From Sphaerodactylus townsendi (lineage: Eukaryota), in assembly GCF_021028975.2 (NCBI RefSeq), contig NC_059425.1, positions 155,682,001-155,746,000 of the forward strand: DNA of 64,000 bases, given 5' to 3'. Positions 23,364 through 36,208 of this stretch are shown in pieces (positions within the stretch are counted from its first letter, which is position 1; each line of letters starts with the position of its first letter). The notes below the pieces were generated by a model. That model saw nothing but the letters and a program-made list of their open reading frames with translations. It did no database searches and was not told the DNA's origin. The position numbers and the translations under genes were made by a program.

Positions 23364-26300
23364 TCTGAAAACACTGTGTATTTCGTTCCATGCAAATAGG
23401 GCACAGCCAAGGTAAAAGCAATAGAGCACTTATTCATACCATGTCTAAGACTTTTATGATACATAGCTTGTTTGTCTACAATTAAACAACTTCCACTTGA
23501 AGAATTAAACATTTCTGGGAGCATTTCTGCTTTGTAAGTAGAAATCAGTGACTATTGATGCCCTCAGTAAAAAAGTCCTTCAAACTCCATCTACCTACCT
23601 GCGTCAGCCCAAGTGTTCTTCTGCTTCCTGGTGAGTTACTGAAGAGAACTATTATTCTTATCATGCTGAAGTGATCCAGAATGAAATTCCCCTTTAGCTA
23701 CTATGAGTTGGGTCTTATGACATCTTTACAGGGTAGAATCTTACAACCCCCTTCTTCTATGTCTACATTTGACAAAGAAAGATTTCTCTCCAAAGAAGAA
23801 AGAACTTTTTTTCCAATGGAGAAAGGCTTCATTAGAGGAAGTCTTGGTAGAAGCTAGTCACAGGATCCAACAGCAGACAGGAGTCTCAAGATCAAAGACT
23901 ACAATTGAAATGCTGGTAGTGCACTTGAAGAGGAGTCAGAATAACTTAAGGAACCTGCCTATTTTAGGAAATAAGTGGGTAGAACTTCTGAACTTCACTG
24001 CTTGTGGGTGAAAGATCCCGAAGTTTAAAATAGCTGTTCTTATTTGATTCTCACATCTATGACACTTAACAATTCATAAAAAATTAAGACATATGTACAC
24101 TTTGGCTTAGCAAAAGGGTTCTCAAAGTTCCTGTTGACTATTGAAGTCATAAATTATTTGTTCATTCATTTGAAGACACCAACAAGAAATATTGCCACCC
24201 TGCCTAGCAAGGAAGGCAGACTGTGTCCCTCTGTACAAGAGGACCCATTAAACCCTCAGTGAAGTAGTGTGTGATACTGCAGACTCTGACCATAACAAAA
24301 TGAGATAGGTGCTATTTCCCATGAAAAGAAATTGCCGTCATAAACAAAGAAAGAAAAGGTGGCCAATGGAATATGTCAGCACAATCTATAGTTCAAGCTG
24401 AACACAGCCCACCTGCTGTCTATTATGGCCTGACTCTCCGTCACCCATTTCTTCAATTTCAGACAGGGAGGTAGAATAAGATCAGAAATTCATTGAGTGC
24501 AAATGGGCTGTCAAAACGTTGGGTAGGCTGTGTTTGGCTTGCTAGGTCTCTAGTTGTACAGGTTGGTACCAAAAAGAGGGACACTCAAGAGCGTTAGCTT
24601 TTAGTTTCAAGTAAATGTATAATCTCAGGTGGTATACAGTATCATAAAATTTCATATTGAAGAAGTTTGAAGGAAATTTGGATCAGATAATTACAGCTTG
24701 TCTCTTGAGCTGCTTGCAATTTGCTTATTATCTGAAGGCAGCATTCAGAATTGAGAAATGATTAGAATGTTGGTGTTGCCCCATTGGAGAGCAATTGAAA
24801 AATGATTAACATGCATCTCTTTATTCCACCGACTTCAATCTTCCAACTGAAAGTGCTTTTAAAACGTCTGAGAGAACCTAGTGATGATAACTGCTTTGTG
24901 CATTTATATAACCTCAATTCACTTGATGCTTGGGCTTTGCCATTAAAGTCATCTTAAATTATTATTTATCACATTTGTATTACACCCTTCCTCCCAGGGC
25001 ATCTCACAGGAGATCCTTCCATAATATTCTCACAAAAATATCCCCAGACTGGATTGTTTCCTAAAAAACTTTCCTCAAGCAAGTTTGACACCTTTGTCAA
25101 CTGCAAAAAGTTTTTCCATCAGAGGAAAACCCTCTTCATAGGAGGAATTCTTCTCAAGCTGTACGAAGGCTTCAGACTTAGCTGCACAGAGACACAGGAT
25201 ACAAGAGACAGAGGATACGGAGGCACAGGATACAGAGAAACAAGATACAAGATTTGGCTAAGGCCGCATAGCAAGCTGAGGGAGGTTTTGAGCCCAGGTC
25301 TTCTCAGTTAGAGCCCAGTGCTTACATTTCTAACAGCCCCATCCAAAAGCTCTGGACATCCCCAACACCGAAAAGCCTCATAGGGTCAAATGGATGTACC
25401 CTGCCAAAAGGCAGGCATAAGTCTGAGGGCCATTGTGCCACACTACCAGCCCTCAATCCCGGTAGGGAGCCGAATAAAGTTGCTCTGCCCAAGGAATGTC
25501 CTGGCCTATCCCCCTTGAACTTCCAGGTGCTGTGGTGGCAGTACTGTGGAGCAGCCGACTGCTGGCATGTCTGGCCCTCCGTTGGGGAAAGTGCTCCATG
25601 GAGGGCAAATGTGCTAGTGTGAGGAAGCGCTGCCACTAGCCCTTTCCCCCACCCCCTTTGTATGGGGCTCCTACTCTTAAGAAACACTTTTTGACCATTC
25701 AGAAACTTTACCTGAACTTTCTGATTGAAGAATACAGTTTAATTTTGTTTGGGTCCTGTCAGTCTAGGGAGAATTCTTTAATCCATACTCCTTTCTGTGG
25801 ACTCTATTTCCCAATTCAAACAAAATGAGAGGTCTGACAGCCAAAAACTGAAAGTGAAGTCAAATTTGCAAAGCTTTTTGAAGACATTAGCAGGACAGAG
25901 ACGTCTGCTCACAAAAAGAATTATGTGGATTTCTTTCAGCAAGGCATAGCATGCAGTTGTTACCTATTCCTTATGTTTTGTTTCCTTTGCCCTTCATTTA
26001 AGGCAACATAGTGACTTTTCCATTAAAGATGGCTTGTTTTTAATTATTCCTCATTTCGTTTGAAGTTGTCTAATGTGCCTAACAAATTAATCAACCCATA
26101 ATGGCAAGTTAATTTTGTTCCTCAGACTCTCTGCCTTGGCATTAACCCTCCTCTTTAAAAACAAATTATATTTTGGGATCCACCCACCTCCCATAAATTA
26201 ACTAGGTATACAGATATTTTGACAAGAATGCGTTTATGCAGAATTTGTTCTACAACTACTTATTCATTTCAATGAGTATTTTAAAAATATGTGGACAGAT

Positions 26301-26760
26301 CAATTAATACATTACTGTTGCAGGTGCATAAGTCATTCCTTGACGTCACCTGCATGACCAAGATGGCCTATGTATCTGTGTAAGACCCAGGAAATAACTG
26401 TGACCAGGAAATAACCAGGAAATAACTGTTCCAAACACATGGAAACACACTTCACACTAATGCCAGATAAGAGAAGATGGGAATGCCTTCAAGTATATTT
26501 AAGACACCTTAAGGAAGCATTTATGGCAATTTAGCCTGAATAAAGACTTTATAATTTCCTTATCCATTTTTGATGCTTTTTTCATTCCATGCCAAACAAG
26601 AGAGTATAAGAGATGCACTCAAAACCTGCTAATTTTCATAGCTCTTGTATCAGTACACTAGAGATTCATTGATTTAGTTCTCTCTTAGAGGGGATAAAGA
26701 ACGAGACTGAGTCAAATGTTAACCATTCCCAACAGAGGCATTAACATGCTAGGGCCTATA

Positions 26761-26841
26761 GGGCCAATTGGCCATGCTGGTAGGGGCTGATGGGAATTGT
26801 AGTTTCTGAACATCTGGAGAGCCGCAGGTTCCCTACCCCTG
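26761..26841. mobile_element. Right arm only of a palindromic hAT MITE
   Basis: ggccaattggccatgctggtaggggctgatggga...cctacccctg, homologous to the right half of 21362-21509. Confidence 0.7.
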
Positions 26842-28091
26842 TGCTAGGCAATCTTGTTTTGCCCTTAGAATATTAAAGGCACCCATATTTAATACATTGT
26901 GTCCAAATGGTTATTCACAACTGCTGTGCAAATAGAAACAGCATCTGTGTTATCTACAAATCTATTATCAACTTTCCTTAGCTTTTGGAGGGAATTTTTG
27001 CTGTGTTCATACAATTTAAGATATTTCACTCTTACAGTGCTATAGTAATCATTCACAGCTAGACTGTCCACATAGAGAAATATTTAATAACCAGTGACTG
27101 ATGTAACAAAATGATAAGGCAATATCCTAGAATGTGTGGAAACAGGCTTTGAGTCTCCAGTAAGAGATCTATAATAAATGAAACTCAACCTACATCCCAC
27201 ACTGGGAATGGTTGGGAGACATAAGATAGGTTAACCTTGCTGAATCCAAGCAGGTCTAGGATTAGTCAGTACCTGGATGGAAGAACGGCCAGGAATCTGT
27301 GTACACCATATTGAATTCCATGTAAGAAGAGTGGGGGGGGGCGGGGGGCGGAATGTCATAAATACCTTGTGTTTAAATCTCTCATTCAAGCCATCTGGAT
27401 AATCTAGGTTTTATTGTGATTGTGAACATGTCATCGATAGACTCATCCTTGATAACATTACAAAAAAAGAGATGGCCCCCCGCCCCCCCAAAAAAGATGG
27501 AAAATGTTGCAGGGCTTGCTATGGTAACAGTGGGTTGAATCCAATCATCTTTTTCACTCAATCTTGTCTAATGCCCCTTCTAACTGTGTCCTTCAACCCA
27601 CATGGCTTCAGTACATGCAAGTTCCATAATCTTCAACAGAGCTTTTTGCGGGGTGATCAAATGGAACCAATTCTCTTTTTTCATCAGCAGAAAAGCTGAT
27701 TGGATTCGACACAATATATAAAGTGTTCCAGAAAGTGGAATAAGAACACTTCTTTTATTTAGAGTTGGTAGTGGGAGGCAACTAGAGAATGAGAATAAGG
27801 GAAATGAGGTGTGCAAAGCTGAAAATACCCTCTATATATGATCTATACAAGTTGGGAGAGGTACGGGCTGCAAAGAGACCATTTCAGACAGAACAATCTC
27901 CATACAAAAGAGTTAGCTCTTGCACTGTCTGAATACTAATGTGATCCTGATCATAGGAAATACTTTTAAGGCTGATTTTGTGGTGACTCTGCTGGTTTAC
28001 AAAGTCTCATCCTGAATGTAATAGTACCAAAAAGGATTCTGATGATATTTTTTTTGCTACTTAAATAAATCCTAACATTTCACTGTTTCAG

Positions 28092-28191
28092 ATTCGGGAA
28101 GGCTTCCCAAAAGCTCTGTAGTTGCCATCATTTTAGGCATTATTTTGTGTTGTTGTTTGGCAGCGGCAAGCTGGTTCATCATTTGCCAGTG
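28092..28191 (+). CDS. TPO: Thyroid peroxidase exon (exon 15 equivalent; transmembrane helix)
   Basis: tttcag|...|gtaagt; 100 bp; DSGRLPKSSVVAIILGIILCCCLAAASWFIICQ(W). Confidence 0.96.
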
Positions 28192-29260
28192 GTAAGTATC
28201 AGTGGTTCCTTGCCCTTATGTAAATTCTATGGCAGATTTAATTCTTTCACAGGAAGGAAGATTTCTTTAAGCCTTTTGCTTTCTGTGTCATGACTATATT
28301 TCAGATGCCATTTTTATCTGTGGTCTTTATCTGTGGCCTTATTTTTTTTCCACTGGACAGCAGCACCAATACCATCTACCCTGTGTTTTTTTATTATTTA
28401 TCACATTTGATATGCTGCCCCACCCCCCACCCCGAAGGGCTCTGGGTGGTGTTTATTTATGTTGCAACCTACATTTAAGTACATTAAATAATATTGATGG
28501 AGATTGGCTCCTATCTTAGGCTTTGTTATTTTAAATTAATGTAGGATACTTGCTATCTTAGGAAAACAGAAATCGTCAGTGAAGAAAAGACTTAAAAGAA
28601 AGAAGGCAAATGTGTACGTGAATATTAATAGCTTTCAAAAACAGATTCTGTATACTAGCTGCTATGTTATCCACTTTGATGGCATACACTTGGAAGGGTT
28701 GAATTTAGCCTCAAGGTCACTTTCAGATCTCCTGGTTTCACAAATACTACTTTAGTACCTGTTTTCTGAGAGAAAATTGCAGGATAAAGCAGCTTTAAAG
28801 CAACAAATGACAAGTAACCCAATTTAAGCCTTTGAATATGTGTGCCAGAAATGACCACATTTTTCTTCATTTCAGTAGAATAGAAGCTGCTTGATCCAAT
28901 GTTGACAAACAAAAGGCCCACAGCCTCTGTAAAACAAGCAAAAAATGTTTACAGCTATGGAGGTAGAGCTGGTAGACAGTGTTGGTAAGGCTAAAGAGGC
29001 AATGGTTCCAAATTCCTATCCAATGATTGTTCCTGCTCTATTTTTGAGGAAATAAAGCAGAGGAAGGGAGCTCACTGGCAGTGGTGTAGCTAGGGGACAT
29101 GGGGGGCTGGAGCCTTGGGGGACACTTTCCAGGGCCTCACAGCAGGGCAGCACCCCCTTGCAACTGCACCCATCTGAAACTCCAGGGAGTTCAGGGTGGG
29201 GCACTGTTGAACACCAGCGAGTGGGGCTCACTGTATGAGGGTTGACTTTACCCAATGAAC

Positions 29261-29613
29261 TGTCTCCTTCAATCTTGCTCTTTGCCTAATCACACCTGAA
29301 AATGGTTATCAGGCTTCAATGATGGAAGGGGCGGCTCGTCCTTGAGCGGAGAAATTGGTTTTTGAAGACAGCTGGGAAGTAAGGACGGGGAGGCTGTGTT
29401 TTAACTGAGAGTTGGTTGAGTTGTTTGTTTTCTGCTCCCTACGCTTCCGTGACTTGGAGCGTTAATTTTGTATTAGCTATCTCGTTTAAGATTCGATATA
29501 TTACATGGGGAGCTGATGATTTAATGTGGGAATGTTTGCCAATAAATCTTTGAACTTTGTTTGGACAACAGCGTGTGGAGCTGTTATTGTGTTTGCAAAA
29601 GTCCCTGTTGACA
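29261..29613 (+). mobile_element. Possible solo LTR
   Basis: TGTC...GACA ends, AATAAA at 29541, residual CpGs; TSD imperfect (gaac/aacc). Confidence 0.45.
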
Positions 29614-31328
29614 AACCCTTTAATGAAGAAGATTAGAGTAGGAGAGACTTTTCAGCTCATCTTCAGCAACTGAACTGCTGTGCCCCCTGACAGAGTTTCT
29701 TGGAGTGGTGGGAATGTATGAGAAGAGGATGAACAAACAAGCAGTTCCGTACACTCACCTCACCCACAATCTCTATGTGGCGATTGCCCTGCCCCCCATC
29801 TCCATGTGAGGTCAGGAGTGGAGTCAGTTGGCTTGACCCATTCCCGACCTCCACATTCAGAGGGGGGGCACAGCAAGCTGGCTGGCCCCCCTTCTGATCT
29901 CCATGTGGAAATGGGGTGGGGTGAGCCCTGCTTACTGGCACTCAACTGTACCCTATCCTGAACTCACCAGGGGCTGGGGCACAGCTGGGTGAGTACGGTG
30001 CCCAGGGTAAGTCCTAGATACCATTTTATTAAGCTAAACCCCTACTCACTGGGTAGTTGTATCTGTATTGCTCAGTATTCTGTATTGTAAGAAGGAGATG
30101 AAAGAGAAATGCGTATTGCTCGAAGGAATAAAAATGTGATACATGATTAAGTAAACGGGATAAAATGTAATAAAATTAAGCATTAGGCTTTCTTTGGGTA
30201 GATGTATCCAACTATGGAGAGCAGTGACTGGACTCCACAATTGTTATAAGCAAGTTCAAAAACAGAATTTGGAATGATGGAAACTCAAACAACTATATAT
30301 GAGAAAAAGATATTACAATTCAGGCACAGGCTGACCTTCTGTCAATCTGTATAGATTGGAAAGGGTGCTTTGGGAAAAACACATCCATGTTGTAGTGTCC
30401 AGAGCAAAGCAGAACAAAGCAATAAATTCTCCAATTTGCAGGAGTGACTTTAAACTACTCGCTGCCTTTGGCAACACTGTTTGCACTTCAAAGTGAAGGG
30501 TCAGCCCTTTATTGTACAAACAGAATGGATTAACTACAAACTCTCAGTCTGATCTAGCAAGTATCAAAAATGCTAGGATTAAAATCATTTTAGTTCTATT
30601 GTTTTCAGTAAATTTGGAGTCAGGTTTAAATTCCGCTTTAAATCTAGACCACTTCCCTTTGGAAGAGTCCACCAACAAGTTGCACTGAAGCTTAGTATAG
30701 AAGTAATTTAAGGCTTGCTTCAGAACATGTGGCGTGCTTATTTGACAATCCAGCTTTATCGTACTTCCCGTATGTTATTCAAAGACCTGAAAATACTTCC
30801 CTTTAGCTCAGCAGGACTTTTTTCAGTTCACGTCAATATCTCAGGCTGGGGGGAAATGCTATTATCACTGCTCCCTGTTGTTTTTAATGTTATGTCAAAG
30901 GGTCTTAAAAGGCTGATCATACATTTCTTTAAAAGTTGCTGTTAGGTGAAAAAAAATTCCCTCTGAGAACAGCAAGGGGATCACAGCGAGGAGTGCATAA
31001 CCTACAGTACTGACATATCGCAGCAGGCTGCAAGGTGCTCAGCCACCATTATGAAGTGTTGACTGAATGACCCGTCAAGGCTGGAGACCCAGTTAACTGG
31101 AGTGGCCACACAGCCTGACTTCTGGCACAGCTATCAAGGAAATGGCAAGTGTGCAGCTTTGAGTGAGTGGTCTTGCTGCAGGGGGCGCGGAAGCAGCATG
31201 AAGCACTTTCAGGCTTCTGACTTTTTAAATGCTTTCATGGCGACCCTCAAAAACAATCCTTTAATTGTAGCACCTACCATCTAAAGAACGAGAGCGTGCC
31301 TTGGACTGCATTACAACAACAGTTGGCA

Positions 31329-31465
31329 CAGTGGTAGGATTCAAATAATTTAACAACCGGTTCCGGTGGTGGGAATTCAAATAATTTAACAACTGATTGT
31401 TTACAAGCACCATTTTAACAACCGGTTCTGCCGAAATGGTGCAAATCTTCTGAATCCCACCACTG
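31329..31465 (+). mobile_element. hAT MITE family B
   Basis: Perfect TSD AGTTGGCA; matches 21622-21757. Confidence 0.88.
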
Positions 31466-33029
31466 AGTTGGCAACTTGGCAACAGTATTCCACTACAACT
31501 AAAACTCAAGTCACTGTAGCCTCAATAGCATTTACTGCTCTCCCCTGAAGGGAGGAAAATTTGTGTCCATGAAATAAAATTCATCTGCAATAACAGACAG
31601 CAGAACTGTATAATTAGCTTCAGCTCGATACAGTGGTAGGTAACCTAAATCCACTGGATTCGGTCCTACCACCTTTTCAATCTCACCCCAGTTTCCCTCT
31701 GCACTGTAGTTTCTGTTTTACCATAACAAATGGTTTGACCAGCACCTTCAGTGGTCAAACCAGCTTCCTTGTCTGCTGGAATCCAAGTTGCAGGAATCCA
31801 AGCCATTGGTTTTGAAGGGTTTTGGTATGCCCAGTTCTATACAGAAGAAGACTGTCACCTGACCCTTGCCTTCTAAGATTTAAAAGAATATTAAAAGTGG
31901 AGGTGAGGTTCAAGCCCTCTCTCTTTTAATCCTGGCAATTAGCCATTCTAAAAGAAACCAAGCTTTATATATCAGAGCTTACGCATTCCTCACTCACCAA
32001 GGAGTGAGAAGTCCAGAGGCAGTGCTAGAGAGCGAAAGAGTACACTGGAGGTTTGAGTCGATTTGAAATACTTGCTTTAATTACAAGAATACGAGGATAA
32101 GTAAAGGCAAACAAACACTCCAACAAGATAGAAGATCCTTTGCTGTGCTCAGATCCTCAGAGAGTAAGGAGAATCCGTGCATCCCGAAGGTGCTTCACCA
32201 TCAGCCAACTCACTGTTCCATTCTATGCTTGTTCCAGCTTCAAAAACTACCATTTCTCACAGATAAGGTGCCAAGAGTTTTGCCTCCAAGCTACCCCCAG
32301 ACGTGAGCTCGCCTTTCAGAAACATCCACATCAATTAAAAAACTTCACGTCCCTTTTGTGCCAAATCCCAAATTCCCACTAGGACTGCATCAGTTTGGGC
32401 AAAACTATAATGAAAGCCTATTCATAGCAATTGGACTGCAGGCTCACAACAAAGCATTAGAAACTATACAACAACAGGTGCACAATTCCTATCTTTCAAT
32501 TTCACCTCCAACCATATTTTCTAAAGAAAATCACAACTTCTTCTCTCATCATAATGTTCTTTATTCCATTTCATTAATGTAGTGAAATTGTCCCAGACGC
32601 TTGTCTTTAGCCCTGGCTATACAGCATAGTACTCATTAATTAACAGTTGAGAGTAAAGACTTTTTGATCCAAGCCTTTCCTTTAAAATTTCCAACCATGA
32701 TATCCTGCCCTTGATGTGCACCGGATAAAAAAGTTAGCAAGTTGCATATGAGCAAGTGTTTTTGAAAAGGTAGTCTACCAGTTTCCTGAAGATATGGAAG
32801 GCAGCTGGAATTTGCTCCTTATGTAATACCACTGTAGAAGGCTGTGGCAAGTAACCGGTACGTTGTTATGTGGTTCCCCCAGTGATAAATAGTAGCGACA
32901 AAGAAAAAAGCCATGTTAGGGGCTTTGGAGAAATCTGTTAACATCTGGAGAAGCATATACAAATGCAGATGGGTCTGTGGATGGCTTGTATACTTACGGC
33001 AGCTGTTGCTATTCAGAGGCTTTAAAAAT

Positions 33030-33135
33030 ACTGGCTGTTGTGGACTATCTGGGCTGTATGGCAATGGCCTAGAAGTTTTAGCTCCTAATGTTTTGCTCAC
33101 ATCTATTGTTGGCATCTTCAGAGGCATGTCAAGGT
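33030..33135 (-). mobile_element. Decayed Penelope-like fragment
   Basis: Homologous to ~6755-6845 (gggctgtatggc...ggcatcttcagagg), with hammerhead CpGs decayed. Confidence 0.65.
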
Positions 33136-33872
33136 AAGATATATTTCTACAATCAGTATGCTTGAACTTTAGCAAAGCTTCTATCAACCCAAGATTTGTG
33201 CTGCTGATTATTCCCTTTCATGGATTTCCAGATGTGTTAAATAGAGCAAAAAAGTGGAGGAGAAGACTGTTTCCTATTCTGGAGCCATTGCACATAAAAC
33301 CTGAGCTATAGATCTCAATATTTAAGCAACTGTTAAAATAACTGGTCAGCACTAGATTCACAATCTTTTCTTTGTATTGCTGCACTTGCTAGTAATGCAT
33401 ATTTCTTTTCTTCATTTTTTAAGAACTGTTCCTGACAGTTCAAATTTTTGATTTGATAACAGTATGTCAGACAGATTATCTAGAAAATGGGCAAAACAAA
33501 CACAGCTTGGCAATGCTGGAAGAGTCAAATTTTAAAGAGGGGCTCAACTCATACAAATCTTGCAGGAACTCCTCGAGAACATAATCTGAAATGCCTCTCG
33601 TTCCTTTCAAGTAATACAATTCAAGTAATACAATTAGATAAAGTTCCATTTTACCATCTTTTATAACAAGAACTGCACCTAGAGAATTGGTCTCAGATAA
33701 GCTGAGCAACTTGGTTTTCCTCACCTAGTCCCTAGCACTCAAATGGCTACTCAGAATTCCAAAGCACTTCCTACAAGATTACTGGGAGTTGTCGGGATTC
33801 CTAAAATTCATCCTTCTACCATGTATTTCCCCAATCCGGTTTAACTGCTACTACTGTGAAGATGGTAGAAGG

Positions 33873-33984
33873 CAGTGGCGTAGCACCAAGGGAATGGGGG
33901 GGCGCGATGCATCAGGCATGTGCCAGTTCAGGGGCGCAGGGCATACGTGTGCCCTGGGCGCAGTTCCCCCTCACTCTGGCCCTG
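33873..33984. mobile_element. hAT MITE family C
   Basis: cagtggcgtagc...ccctg; perfect TSD GTAGAAGG. Confidence 0.8.
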
Positions 33985-36208
33985 GTAGAAGGTGATGGTG
34001 AATGCAGCAAACCAGGCAGAAGGCAGAAGGAGAGCAGAACATCCCTGCCTTCTTATCTCCCCACCCCAAATTTCATATAGCAACACCTGAAGCATAGATT
34101 GTACACCCTTGGAAACATAATCTCCCGTGTGACTGACAGTAAATACCTGACATTTGAGAGGCCACATTTTACATACTGCCAACAGTGTCTAAGCTGCAGG
34201 AGTGAGATGGCAGTGGAAAAGCGAGGCAGCAAAATTCATTTCCCTTTTGGCTAGTGCCAGTCATGCGGTTGCCATATTGCCTTCTTGGCCAGATTTTATT
34301 GGGAATTTGTGGGCATGTCATTTGAGGCCATTCATCCCATTAGCCGGCTCAAATTCCCAACTTGCAAGCAAGTCTGTAGGCCTTCTTAATCTGGAGATGA
34401 AAGGCAAAATGTGCAGTTTTCTTCCTTATTTATACAGTTGAATCAGGCCTGTTAATACCTTCCCTTAGTGCTAAGAAGTCACAGCTGAAATTGGCAGAGT
34501 GGAAAGCAAGAGGAAATGGCTTCCTTTGAGCTACTTCTCATCAATAATTGGTAGCTATGGCTGTATTCTTCTTCTTAGGTTTAAATGGCTGTAATAAAAA
34601 TGGATTTTCTCTCTTTAAAATATAAACAGGCAGGGCTTATCTATTCCTTCTTCAGTTCTATCTGTCTAGTTGAAAGTAGCAGAAAAGAAGTGGTCTTTAA
34701 ATATGAAAAATATTTTAAATTGTATACTTGCAAGTCAAAAGGAGGCAGATTGGGTACCCCTATCCTAGTGGATATATATTGTGTAATTCTTCCACTCTTC
34801 GAGGTGATTAAGGCACCTTTTCAAACATTTGGGGTGGGGGTGGGGGATAGGATATAGTGTCACTCTGAATTATCACAACAATTTGGAGGTCTGGATTAAC
34901 CTTTTCGGCACTGCAGGTTTCTCTTCCTTCTATACGTATATTAAGTACAAATATTATTCCTGTTACTTGTTGATCTTCAGCTTATAGTATCCCATAAAGT
35001 ATATTGATGTTCTGCAAATCTGGGGTAGCAATAAACAGCAATATAGCCTGCTCTTGGTGAGGATTCTGTGACAGGACATTTTGTGGTTCAGTTAACTGGC
35101 TGATATATTCCTTCGCATGGCGTGGTGGGAAGACTCATTGAGCGAGTTTTGAAAGCAGCATTTTCCCGCCATTTGGGAGGGTGAGCACAGCGCTGCTGTG
35201 CTGTGGCAGCGGCAGCTGTGCAAACAGCACCCCAGGACGGTGTTTTTATCGTCCCTAGGGCACCGTTTTTGGCCCATGCAGAAACAGCCTTAGTTTTGAG
35301 AGAAGAGGGTGAGTATAAGAGGGAGGTCCTTCTCTGGCTCAGATGGACTATGTGAGCCAGAGAAAATTAGGAACTGCAATGCTGACCTTCATATTGAGTC
35401 ACTGAAAATTATATTCTGAGCACAGGGAACATGATTTTTAGTGCAAGATATCTAATTGTGCATTACGATTTGTTTTTATAAACTTAATGAACAATCAGGA
35501 TCAAAGATGAGAAAAATAATTGTAGCTGACACTGCTGTGGTTTGGCCAAGCAAATACAAGCCTCTCAAAGCATTTTGGGATAAAACAATTCTAATCTAAG
35601 GGTTCCTTAGGTTTGGTTAGCCACTGATAATTATAGTATTTTGATACATTTTTAATTTGGAAACTGATTTCATTATTGAAAGTAGCTTCTTGTTTTGGTG
35701 AAGGGCAGATAATACTTTACAGATGAAATCAAGGGGACATAAAGCAGCTGTAGGTCTGATGGGCATGAATAATTTCTTACATGTAAAATCAGATTGATAC
35801 TCTGCCTTCAAGTTAAGCTATGATCCAAAAGTTATATAGTGTTTATAGCTTGAAAAAAAAGCTTGACTTCTCTGACAAGGATCAGATTAAGTTTTTTTTT
35901 AATTGTATAGTATTATATGTACATCCTAATATTTTCCCTAAGTGCAAATATTAATACATGAGTGCTATTTTTAAATTTAAAATAATCAATATATTAAGTC
36001 ATTGCTTGTGGATAATGAAAATCACTGCTGAATTTTGTAAAACAGAAAGAAGGAATTATTTATCCATGTTTCCTGATATTTCTCTCATCTTTAAGCATCT
36101 TCTGGAAGCACTGAAAAACTTCATACAGGCTACCTTTTTGGCCAAAATTTTGGCTGTTCAGAATCAAAAAAAGCTTAATCTATTGAGATCAGTGGATTCT
36201 TTAGTGAC

